Position numbers and translations under genes: made by a program
Source of the DNA: Anaerohalosphaeraceae bacterium
GTDB lineage: Bacteria > Planctomycetota > Phycisphaerae > Sedimentisphaerales > Anaerohalosphaeraceae
Direction of reading: 5' to 3'
Assembly: GCA_963675525.2 (NCBI GenBank)
Contig: CAXXSL010000013.1
Location: 160,001-224,000 of the forward strand
Length of the DNA stretch: 64,000 bases
Shown: in pieces, positions 43,040 to 52,186 of the stretch
Layout: every line of letters starts with the position of its first letter
Numbering within the stretch: the stretch's first letter is position 1
The notes under the pieces: model-generated
What the model saw: only the letters and a program-made list of their open reading frames with translations
What the model was told of the DNA's origin: nothing
The model's database searches: none

Positions 43040-43244
43040 CACTTATCCCGTAGGGATAAAATAACAATTGCCGCCGGTGTTGGGAGCAAAGCGACCGAAA
43101 CCCGCGGTAACGAATACACCCACACCCCACGACCCCACTTATCCCGCAGGGATAAAATAACAATAGCCGCGGGTGCAGGCCGCAGGCCGGAACCCGTGGT
43201 ATGGATCCATTTACAAACCCATCGACCCTGTAGGGGTCGAATAA
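43040..43244 (+). repeat. Left flank of Y1 transposase: tandem multi-hairpin REPIN-like units (96-nt period)
   Basis: CACTTATCCCG(T/C)AGGGATAAAATAACAAT at 43040 and 43136; GCCGCGGGT...ACCCGTGG; TCGACCCTGTAGGGGTCGAATAA. Confidence 0.9.
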
Positions 43245-43691
43245 TCAACACAGATATTTTTCATCAAATTCGATCCCTGCATGCTGAAGCATCTCAATAT
43301 ATTCCTCACGAAATGTTTTACGACGATGATGCACAAACTGATTCGCAATATAATTGATAATCCGGTCTTTGTCCTTCCATGAGCAGGTGAAGGCTCCATA
43401 TCCATCCTGCCAACACTCGAACAGTGGAAAGATTTTTTTGGTTTTGATCCATTTGGATTGTGCCAACTTGACGTCCTTGACCAATCCGGCCAAAGCAATC
43501 GTCGGATGCAATTCGGCCAAAATGTGCAGATGGTCTGTATAGCCCCCGACCTTATAGACGAAACAGTTTTTGTTCTGTAAGACTCCGGCGGTATATCGGC
43601 ATAATTCATCATGGTGTTCAAGATCAAGCGTGCCGTTGTGATTTTTTGTGCCGTAAACGATGTGATATAAAATCTGTGTGTACGTTGCCAT
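43245..43691 (-). CDS. IS200/IS605-superfamily Y1 HUH transposase (TnpA/RAYT-like)
   Basis: YHIVYGTK, HUH motif DHLH, WQDGYGAF, catalytic Tyr in NYIANQ; GGAGG RBS; no tnpB. Confidence 0.93.
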   Translation of the reverse strand: MATYTQILYHIVYGTKNHNGTLDLEHHDELCRYTAGVLQNKNCFVYKVGGYTDHLHILAELHPTIALAGLVKDVKLAQSKWIKTKKIFPLFECWQDGYGAFTCSWKDKDRIINYIANQFVHHRRKTFREEYIEMLQHAGIEFDEKYLC

Positions 43692-43701
43692 GGATGCCTC
43701 C

Positions 43702-43807
43702 TTATTCGACCCCTTCGGGGTCGGCCCGGTTTTTTCCTCCTGTCCACGGGTTCCGGCCTGCGGCCTTCACCCGCGGCTATTCTTATTTAAAGCCCGATGG
43801 GCTTTAA
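43702..43807 (-). repeat. Right flank of Y1 transposase: inverted three-hairpin unit
   Basis: CCACGGGTTCCGGCCTGCGGCCTTCACCCGCGGCTATT is 37/38 the reverse complement of the left-flank unit; TTATTCGACCCCTTCGGGGTCG; TTAAAGCCCGATGGGCTTTAA. Confidence 0.9.
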
Positions 43808-43836
43808 TTCGTACCGTAAAACATTATGTCCAATTC

Positions 43837-44109
43837 TTAAATTTCATCCTCAATATGAATCTCGACGTTTTCGCGGTAGGCGGAGCTGTCCTTCATTTTG
43901 TACTGGAGGATGAACATGCGGACGGCGTAACCGATGGCGGAAAAACCCGCGATGAAGAAAATGGCCGCGGCGATAAAGGCAAACAGGTCGCGCAATACGA
44001 ATACCAGCATACCGAAACCGATCAAAAACAGCCCCAGCACCAGTGCCCCCTTAGCCAGCCCCTGTGTGGCCTGCCGAACGGGGTCGCCCTGAAAAAATAG
44101 TCGAAACAT
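43837..44109 (-). CDS. Small 2-TM membrane protein
   Basis: 90 aa, AAGGAG RBS. Confidence 0.75.
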   Translation of the reverse strand: MFRLFFQGDPVRQATQGLAKGALVLGLFLIGFGMLVFVLRDLFAFIAAAIFFIAGFSAIGYAVRMFILQYKMKDSSAYRENVEIHIEDEI

Positions 44110-44129
44110 AAGATGCTCCTTTCAGTCGC

Positions 44130-44227
44130 AATATCAAATATCAAACATTAAATATCAAAATAGCGGAGTCTGCCGTTCGGCAGACGACTTCCGTAATTTT
44201 ACATTTCACCTTTTGCTTTTTATATTT
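44130..44227. repeat. Heptamer-repeat arms around a central hairpin
   Basis: AATATCA AATATCA AACATTA AATATCA | GCGGA GTCTGCCG TT CGGCAGAC ...TCCGT | ATTTTAC ATTTCAC CTTTTGC TTTTTAT. Confidence 0.7.
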
Positions 44228-46029
44228 GCCAGTAGATTTCCATGCCGCAGTCGCCGCAGTGGAAACGAAGTTCAAAAGTCCGACCATCTTCATCAACCAG
44301 CACCAGCGGTTCGGCCGGGTTATCCCGGTTATTCCCTTCGCACAACCCCAATTGCCTTCTGATGCAGTATTTCGTCGTCATCAGCTTTTGCCCGTGTAGG
44401 TCCAGGCCGCTTTCGGCGGCCGGTTCGATGGTCTGAACGCCATGCCGCCGGTAAAATTCTTCCGCCTTTTCATTCAGCACATTGCCCGTAAAGGATAGAT
44501 GCGTTTCGGGATACGGCGTTTGGTTTTTTATGACACAACCGGAAAGTTTTGGCCGGTTTTTCTCGCGAATCGACAGCATTGCTTCCACAAGCCCCCGTTT
44601 CAGTGCATTCAGCGTCGAGACGGGGAAAAAGTAAACATCCGCCGTTTCGATATTAACCGCCTCGCACACAAACAGCGTATTGCCCAGCTTGCCCAGTTGC
44701 ACAGCAGCCGTTTTCTGCGCCTGCTCTTTTTTCTGTGCGAGCGGCTTCTCGACCGCCATCTCAAAAATCGCCTCATTGCCATCTTCATCAACGCCGCACA
44801 ACGCAATACCGGTATCCGTATCCCGCAGCGTCATCGTCAAGCCGATTTTCCGCTCGGCGAGCTTTTCAAGCTGCTTTTCAAACCCATGGTCAAAGTTCCG
44901 CCGGATTTCGGTGCCAGCCCGCAGGTGTTCGATTTCTGGGGATAAATGCGCTGACCTTCGACGCGATTGACCACCGTGCCTGCCAGATTATTTGCCGCAT
45001 CAAAAAAACAAATGCCGTCGCCATTGTGCAACAGCACCGTACCATCTATCTCAAACCAATCACGCTGCACGTCTTTGACTGTGCCGATAAACTCACCCAT
45101 CGACTTGGGGCTGTCAATCGATCCCATTTTTTCAGACGGCCGGGCCAATCCGTACGTTGTAAATCCCCGGTTGAATGTCTTTTGCGGGTCCGGCTGGAAA
45201 TTCAAAGCAACCCGGCCTGATGAATTCTTTCGCAATCCTTTTGCGGCCAGAATCGTGTCCAGTTTTTGCCGGTAGAATCCCACCACATTGGCCGCATACG
45301 GCGCATCCTTCAGCCGGCCTTCGATCTTAAACGAGGTCACACCCGCATCAATCAGCGATGCCAGATGCTCGGACAAATTCAAATCCTTCAGTGACAACAG
45401 ATACCGGTCCTTGACAATCACATCGCCCTGCGAATCCTTCAGGCTGTATAACCGCCGGCACGGCTGGGCACACTGTCCCCGGTTCCCGCTGCGTCCGCCC
45501 AGCGCATAACTCATGGTGCATTGCCCGCTGGCCCCCACACACAGCGCCCCGTGAACAAAACATTCCAGCTCGATCGATGTATCTTGCCGAATTCCGGCGA
45601 ATCTGCTCCAGCGTCAGCTCCCGCGCAAGGATCGCCCGCGAAAAACCGACCGCTTCGAGAAACCGCACCTTCTCCACCGTCGCATTGTTCATCTGCGTAC
45701 TGGCGATCAGCGGTATTGGCGGCAAATCCAGTTCCAGCAGGCCAGCGTCCTGAACGATCAGCCCGTCAACGCCGATGTCATAAAACTGGCGTATCATCGC
45801 CTCCGCAACCGCCAGTTCCTCATCGGTCAGCAGCGTATTCAGCGCAACATACACCCGCACATAATAAAGATGCGCCAGCTCAACCACCTGCCGAATGGTC
45901 TCCAGACTATTGCCCGCCGCCTGTCGCGCACTGAACCGCTCGGCCCCGATATACACCGCATCCGCCCCGCACAGAATCGCCGCCTGTGCGGTTTGGAAAA
46001 TCTTTGGCCGGAGCAAGTAATTCAATCAT
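44220..46029 (-). CDS. U32 family (RlhA/YdcP-like, DUF3656) protein, about 3 frameshifts
   Basis: MIELLAPA..., GADAVYIG, ASTQM, SGNRGQCAQPCR, SFKIEGR, LMTTKYC across ORFs 45348..46025, 44837..45538, 44220..44840. Confidence 0.88.
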
Positions 46030-46041
46030 CAAAAATCCTCT

Positions 46042-46300
46042 TCATCCCGTAGGGATGATAATAAGAATAGCCGCGGGTGAAGCGAAGCGGAACCCGTGGT
46101 ATAGATGTTCCCCACACATCCATCGACCCCGTAGGGGTCGAATAATCACGACAAATCTTTCTCTTCAAACGATATGTTGCCATGTTGTTTCTTTATTCGA
46201 CCCCGACAGGGTCGGTCAGTTGTTGGTTGTCATCACCACGGGTTCCGTTCGTTTTACTCACTGCACCCGCGGCTATTCTTATTCCAAGCCCTAACGGCTG
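46042..46300. mobile_element. Non-autonomous derivative of the Y1-transposase element
   Basis: Same left and right multi-hairpin ends as 43136-43807, enclosing a 38-nt remnant (46146-46183) reading MATY + FEEKDLS*. Confidence 0.85.
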
Positions 46301-46447
46301 TTACGTTTTCTTTTGAAGTTGGTGAGGGCAGACAGATTGTATGAAAAACCTATGGGCAGAAAGAGCCTGACGCCACGTTCTTAAGAGCAACCACAAAAAC
46401 AAATAAACATCAAATTGTAGTTGAAATCTTAAAGTAAAATCAGTCAT
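46301..46447 (-). CDS. Putative 48-aa hydrophobic peptide
   Basis: TAAGGAGGTGA RBS; MTDFTLRFQLQFDVYLFLWLLLRTWRQ...KKT*. Confidence 0.4.
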   Translation of the reverse strand: MTDFTLRFQLQFDVYLFLWLLLRTWRQALSAHRFFIQSVCPHQLQKKT

Positions 46448-46564
46448 AAATATCACCTCCTTAATAATCAGAAATGAACAAATGAGGTTTCTAATAAAAA
46501 GAAGGCTCAATCTACCCAACTCTTGTTGCCCATAGGCTTTTATGTGGGTTTTTATGAAATTATC

Positions 46565-46598
46565 AAAAAAGAGAGCCCTTAATCAGGGCTCTCTTTTT
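46565..46598 (-). terminator. Intrinsic terminator after groEL
   Basis: AAAAAAGAGAGCCCT-TAATC-AGGGCTCTCTTTTT. Confidence 0.85.
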
Positions 46599-46606
46599 AA
46601 CTATTT

Positions 46607-48234
46607 TTAATACATGTCGCCGCCGGGCATCGCCGGGGCTTTCTTCTTTTCCGGTATCTCGCTGACCATCGCATCCGTCGTCAGCAGCAGCGACGCAATC
46701 GACGCCCCGTTCTGCAGCGCCGTGCGTTCGACCTTCGTCGGCACGATCACGCCGAACTTGACCATATCGCCGTATTCCTTGCGGACCGCGTCATAGCCGA
46801 AGTTCTTTTCTTTCGATTCCATGACTTTCTGAGCGACAATCGAACCGTCCAGCCCCGCATTGACCGCGATCTGCTTGATCGGCGCCACCACGGCCCGGCG
46901 GATAATATCCACACCGACTTTTTCGTCGCCGATGCATTCGACCTTATCCAGCACGCCCAGGCACTTCAGCGTCGAAACGCCGCCGCCCGGCAGAATCCCT
47001 TCTTCAACCGCCGCACGGCACGCATGCAAGGCATCCTCGACGCGGGCTTTCTTTTCCTTCATCTCCGCCTCGGTCGCCGCACCCGACATTGATCTGTGCG
47101 ACACCGCCGGCCAGCTTGGCCAGACGTTCCTGCAATTTCTCAATATCATAATCGCTGGTCGATGCGTCGATCTCGCGTCTTGATCTGCTCGATGCGGCCT
47201 CTTGATATCGGCCGTCTTGCCGGCGCCTTCGACAATCGTCGTGTTGTCCTTGTCAATGGTGATGCGTTTGGCCTGGCCCAACTGTTTCAGCTCGACTGTT
47301 TCAAGATTGAGGCCGAGGTCTTCGAACAAGCGCCTGTCCGCCGGTCAGTACCGCGATATCGGCCAGCATGGCTTTCCGGCGGTCGCCGAAACCCGGAGCC
47401 TTGACCGCACACACCTGCAAAACACGCCGCGCAGCTTATTGACCACCAGTGTCGCCAGTGCTTCGCCTTCCACATCTTCGGCAATGATCAACAGCGGCCG
47501 ACCCTGCTTGGCAACCTTCTCCAACACCGGCACCAGTGACTTGATCGCACTGATTTTCTTTTCATGGATCAGGATATAAGGCTTGTCCAGCACAACCGTG
47601 CGGTCTTCCGGCATTATTGATGAAATGCGGGCTGAGATACCCTTTGTCAAACTGCATCCCTTCAAGCAGCTCGACATGTCGTTTCCAGCGACTGGCCTTC
47701 TTCGACAGTAATCACGCCGTCCTTGCCGACTTTTTCCATGGCCTGGGCCAGCGTCTTGCCGATCTCGGCATCCTGGTTGGCCGAACAGGTCGCGACCTGC
47801 TCGATCTGCTTGCCGGACTCAACCGGCGTGCTCATCTTTTTCAACGCCTCGACGATCGCCTCAACGGCCTTGTCGATGCCGCGTTTGACCTGCATGGCAT
47901 TGGCTCCGGCGGTAATATTCTTTAACCCTTCCTCAAAAATGGATTCGGCCAAAATCGTCGCCGTCGTCGTCCCGTCACCGGCCACGTTCGACGTCTTGGA
48001 CGCCACTTCCTTGACCATCTGGGCGCCCATGTTCTCGTAAGAATCTTCCAACTCGATTTCCTTGGCCACCGAGACACCGTCTTTGGTCACCGTGGGGCTG
48101 CCGAACGATTTTTCCAAAATCACGTTGCGTCCGCACGGGCCGAGTGTCACCTTGACCGCCGCCGCCAGTTTTTTAACGCCCTGGCGAATCGCTTCGCGGG
48201 CCTCTGTATTAAATGCAATCTTTTTCGCTGCCAT
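46607..48234 (-). CDS. groL: Chaperonin GroEL (several frameshifts, probably sequence errors)
   Basis: [58 protein letters not shown] in shifting frames. Confidence 0.95.
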
Positions 48235-48252
48235 ATTTCAACTCTCCCGTTT

Positions 48253-48315
48253 TGTCATTCCCGCGAAGGCGGGAATCCAGATGTTCTATTTTTGTTAATC
48301 CTGTAAATCCTGTCT
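48253..48315. repeat. GTCATTCCCGC-type REP plus 9-mer tandem repeat between groES and groEL
   Basis: TGTCATTCCCGCGAAGGCGGGAATCCAG; AATCCTGTA AATCCTGTC. Confidence 0.8.
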
Positions 48316-48322
48316 AAAAGAT

Positions 48323-48610
48323 TTATTCTACGATTGCCAAAATGTCGGATTCGTCCATAATCATGTATTCCTTGCCGTCCATCTTAATTTCCGTCCCCGC
48401 ATAGCTGGTAAACAGGACCTCCTGGCCCTTCTTCACTGTCATCTTCGCCCGGCTGCCGTCATCAAGCTGCTTGCCGTCACCGACAGACAGGATTTTACCG
48501 CGTTTCGGTTTTTCCTTCGCTGAATCCGGCAACACAATACCGCCCGCTGTCATAGCTTCTGCTTCTAAACGCTGGACGATCACCTTGTCCCCTAATGGTC
48601 TGATCTTCAT
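48323..48610 (-). CDS. groS: Co-chaperonin GroES
   Basis: MKIRPLGDKV, GGIVLPDSAKEKP, YAGTEIK. Confidence 0.98.
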   Translation of the reverse strand: MKIRPLGDKVIVQRLEAEAMTAGGIVLPDSAKEKPKRGKILSVGDGKQLDDGSRAKMTVKKGQEVLFTSYAGTEIKMDGKEYMIMDESDILAIVE

Positions 48611-48651
48611 TCTCTACTCTCCTATTGTCTGGTTATTAATATTGCTTAATG

Positions 48652-48680
48652 TAAAAACGCCATGGCGCAAGCCATGCGAA
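48652..48680. repeat. 29-nt palindromic repeat (identical copy at 54065-54093)
   Basis: TAAAAACGCCATGGCGCAAGCCATGCGAA. Confidence 0.9.
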
Positions 48681-48704
48681 TCCTCAACTACGAATTATCC
48701 TATT

Positions 48705-48857
48705 TGCAAACATTGTGCCAGATCCAATCCCGAACCCACACATATAAACGCTATTTCCTTTATTTAAAAGGTCTTACGAAAACATAACTTGCTTTTTACA
48801 CCCGCCGTCCAAACCCAATTAGACAGACCCGCCGAACCCTGACCTGCCAGCATGGCA
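48705..48857 (-). promoter_or_regulatory. sigma54 promoter of groESL with upstream TGCCA-N3-TGGCA palindrome
   Basis: TGGCAC-AATGT-TTGCA (minus strand, 48705-48720); TGCCAGCATGGCA at 48845-48857. Confidence 0.75.
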
Positions 48858-48860
48858 GAC

Positions 48861-48921
48861 ATGGGACCGTAACCGTCTCGGTCACATTTTAATAATGCGG
48901 GCGGGACGCCCGCGCTCCCAT
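48861..48921. repeat. Inverted doublet of TGGGA-type REPs
   Basis: ATGGGACCGTAACCGTCTCGGTCAC...GCGGGCGGGACGCCCGCGCTCCCAT. Confidence 0.8.
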
Positions 48922-49128
48922 CCATCCGTAAAAACAAATTTTTTGCCATTTAATCCTAGTTTTTATCGGAATTCAACTTGACATCAGATGTTCTCTGTCT
49001 GATAATTACCTACAATTGGAGAGAGGGACATTTCTGGAAATTAAGGAGTTCCCGCACGAAAAATCTTAAGCCTCAGAACCCAAGGCTCAAGGCTGATTTT
49101 AAGACTAATTCAATTGGAGAACGGAAAG

Positions 49129-51002
49129 ATGAAAAGAATAATCCTCACAATGTTAATCATTGCGGCAACAGGAAATGTTTTAGCAAACACATCCGTCTGG
49201 CCACTGGATGTTGGACAAACATGGCTCTATGAAAGAACCGATGCAGTCAGCGGGCCGTGGCAGGTTAATCTTGACGTATTATCAAAACAAACATTGGGTG
49301 CCTATGAGTATTACCAGGCCCGAATAAGCAACTACGACAATCAGGGTGAGTCGGAAGACTGGTACATACGCTCGACTGACACCGGCGTATATACATGGGA
49401 TGGCTCTGCTGACCAGCTTACATTCCAGATCGCCCCAATCGGAACTGTTATCATCAATGGGGATACCCAGCGTGAACTGGTAGCCATTGAGTCCGTAACC
49501 GTTCCTTACGGAGGCCCTTATCAGGCTTATAAATATGAAAATCAGGATACGGTTGAAATGTCCCCATACTGGTATGAATACATTGTGCCGGGAATCGGAA
49601 TAGTCCAGCAAATAGATTACTGGGCGGATACGGGTTTGGGACAGGTCGCACCTCTGGAACAAAAGCTTGTCAATATCGAAGGTTTTATTTCGGGTTCAGG
49701 AACAGAAGCCGACCCCTATCTAATAGAAGACGTGAATGATCTGGGTGTTTTTGCCAATCCCGCCAATGCCGGTAAGTACTGGGCCAACGGCGTACATACA
49801 ATGCTGACCCGCGACCTCGATCTTTTCGGAAGGATTTATTCGAGTGCGGTTATCGCACCGGATACAGACGGAACAAACAATACATACCAGGGAACAGCAT
49901 TTAGAGGTGTTTTTGACGGCAATGATTTTACGATCAGCAATCTGACCATTGACGCCTCGACATCCGGCAACGATTATCTGGGATTGTTCGGATACATCAA
50001 TGGAGGAAGCGTTACCAATCTGAGCTTCGTCGATGTTCACATTACCGGCAGTAACAGTTCATTAGAAGTTGGCGCATTAGCCGGTCACGTTCAAGGATAC
50101 ACCTTCAGAGTGAACCCGTTGAAATATCGAATTGCCATTCAACCGGCACGATAGAAGGCAGGAGCCGCCTTGGGGGATTGATAGGAAACAAAAGTCTTTC
50201 TTCAAGCATCAGTGACTGTTCCTCTTCAGCCACCATTACCAGTCTTTTGAATAGCTTAGACGGCAGTAGTATCGGTGGATTAGTTGGCAGCAGCAGCGAA
50301 GGACAAATTAGCAACTGTCAGTCATCAGGAAACGTCGATGGTTATGCGAATGTCGGCGGTCTGATTGGACATGCGGGTTATACTCAGATTATTGACTGTC
50401 ATGCAAGTGGGAGTGTGACAGGCAACAGAGATTCCGGAGGATTGGTAGGGTCCTGTTCTGCCGGTGCTATTAGAAATTCGTTTGCACTCGGTGACGTAAC
50501 CTGCGTTAATTTTTATATTGGCGGACTGGTGGGATTTACGTGGTATAACACCAGTATCACAAACTCTTACGCAATGGGTGATGTCAGCGCTACCAATGAA
50601 GTGGGGGGGCTTGTTGGTCATTATGAAGGGGGTTCTATACGCGATTGCTATGCTGCCGGCGAAGTGGATGGATCTTTTGATGTTGGTGGCTTGATCGGAG
50701 TTAATAACGGAGGCGTCCAGACAGGATGTTTCTGGGATGTTGATACGTCCGGCATGACCGATGGTGTCGGGGACGAAGATCCCGATCCGGCTGGGGTCAC
50801 TGGCAAAACAACGGGAGAAATGAAAACAGCGGGCACATTTTTGGATGCGGGCTGGGATATGGTGACGGTCTGGAATATCGAGGAGGTGCAGACATATCCG
50901 CTCTTAAGAAAATATTCTGCGGTTGATACGAATTATGACAATCGGATTGATCTTGTTGACTTTATGGAATTTGCAGGCCACTGGCTTGACGGCGTTGAAT
51001 AA
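49129..51002 (+). CDS. Secreted GLUG-repeat protein with dockerin-like tail (frameshift near 50110)
   Basis: Signal peptide, GSGTEADPYLI, VGGLVG repeats, DTNYDNRIDLVDFMEFAGHWL; ORFs 49114..50154 and 50178..51002. Confidence 0.82.
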
Positions 51003-51062
51003 CTACTCGCCCTCGGCGGCTTGGCCCTGATGCGAAAAAGAAAACTTTTCAGAAGAAAGTAA
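51003..51062 (+). pseudogene. Orphan PEP-CTERM-like TM and basic tail remnant
   Basis: In frame after the TAA: LLALGGLALMRKRKLFRRK*. Confidence 0.7.
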
Positions 51063-51104
51063 ACTTCTACGGATTAACAGCAGCAGGTATTATGTAGACA
51101 GAAT

Positions 51105-51133
51105 AAAAAAAGGGCCTGCTGTTGCAGGCCCTT
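51105..51133 (-). terminator. Intrinsic terminator (possibly bidirectional)
   Basis: AAAAAAAGGGCCTGC-TGTT-GCAGGCCCTTT. Confidence 0.75.
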
Positions 51134-51203
51134 TCCTCGAAACAGCTTTTTATTTTGGGTGATGATCTTTGGTAAAACTCACCCTGCTCCCATATAGGGA
51201 ATC

Positions 51204-51806
51204 TTATTTTCTTTTGCTTAAAGCTATAAAACCACCCATTGCCATCAAAAACATGGTAGCTGGTTCCGGAATGCAAATGGTATCGATCACCATCTCATCC
51301 AGATAAATAGCGCCATAAATGTGTACCAATTCCTCCGGTGGGTTGGGAGTCAGTACGATTTCATATGTACTGTGATTCCAACCGTCCGGCAATAGAATGG
51401 TATCACCAATTTGGCTGCCGTCAACCATAGGCCCGCCCGGTACGGACGCTTCCAGCAATGGACCACTGCCTTTGGTACGCCAGGTCAATTGAATCCAGAT
51501 ACGTTTTTCATCTAACGGTTCGGGGTAATTCCAGATTGGAACATAAATCTCACCTGACAGCGGCCATACGCCCTGCCGGCCCTGATATACATCCAACCAC
51601 GAATCCCCTGCGAACGGCATCACATCCGCTGGCTGGGGAAAAGGATTGGTGGTAATATCAGGCAACGGATTAACGTCATTAAGACTGAATTCCCAAATCT
51701 GGAGCGTTGAACGCGACGCATCCCTCCACGCAGGTGGATTTAAATCGTCGGCAAAAAGCGGTAATACGAGCGTTGACAAAAGAAATGTTAATAGAATTTT
51801 TTTCAT
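51204..51806 (-). CDS. PEP-CTERM sorting domain secreted protein
   Basis: Signal peptide MKKILLTFLLS; IPEPATMFLMAMGGFIALSKRK. Confidence 0.9.
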   Translation of the reverse strand: MKKILLTFLLSTLVLPLFADDLNPPAWRDASRSTLQIWEFSLNDVNPLPDITTNPFPQPADVMPFAGDSWLDVYQGRQGVWPLSGEIYVPIWNYPEPLDEKRIWIQLTWRTKGSGPLLEASVPGGPMVDGSQIGDTILLPDGWNHSTYEIVLTPNPPEELVHIYGAIYLDEMVIDTICIPEPATMFLMAMGGFIALSKRK

Positions 51807-52086
51807 CTTTTCCCTCCAAACAAAACCTTGCCTTTTTACTGATGTAAAACGCTGGTTGATGCTCTCTCCCAAAGCCACATTGCAGCTTTCCCAAATTTTG
51901 TATTATTATTTTGGCAGATAACTCGGGATTTGTCAAGAAAAAAAGATAAATAACGTAATTAATATTAGGAATATCTACTCGATTAATCTTCTTATAACGG
52001 TTTCTTTATATCTATCCAGATCAACGAGGTAACTGAGTTTTGTAAACCCAAAAAGTGATTTCCTGCACCTGCGAATGAAAATTCAC

Positions 52087-52114
52087 TTGACATTACATAC
52101 TGACAGCCTATAAT
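52087..52114 (+). promoter_or_regulatory. sigma70 promoter of pckG
   Basis: TTGACA-N16-TATAAT. Confidence 0.75.
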
Positions 52115-52186
52115 TTCGCGGATTTTGTGCCTATAAAAAACACCGGAACAATAACCTAAAGAATATCAGAAAGGGATGGTAGAAAA

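Noticed and set aside
43040..43244. Direct repeats as a mini CRISPR array
   Set aside because: Only two units; the intervening sequences are themselves homologous hairpins; no cas genes; explained by transposase-flanking repeats
43028..43357. ORFs with repeated HLSRRDKITIAAG (also 8215..8568, 42895..43251, 45986..46294)
   Set aside because: Translations of the palindromic repeats, not proteins
46607..48234. Programmed frameshifting or true pseudogene in groEL, queA or U32
   Set aside because: Multiple scattered indels without slippery-site or stimulator patterns; assembly error is more parsimonious
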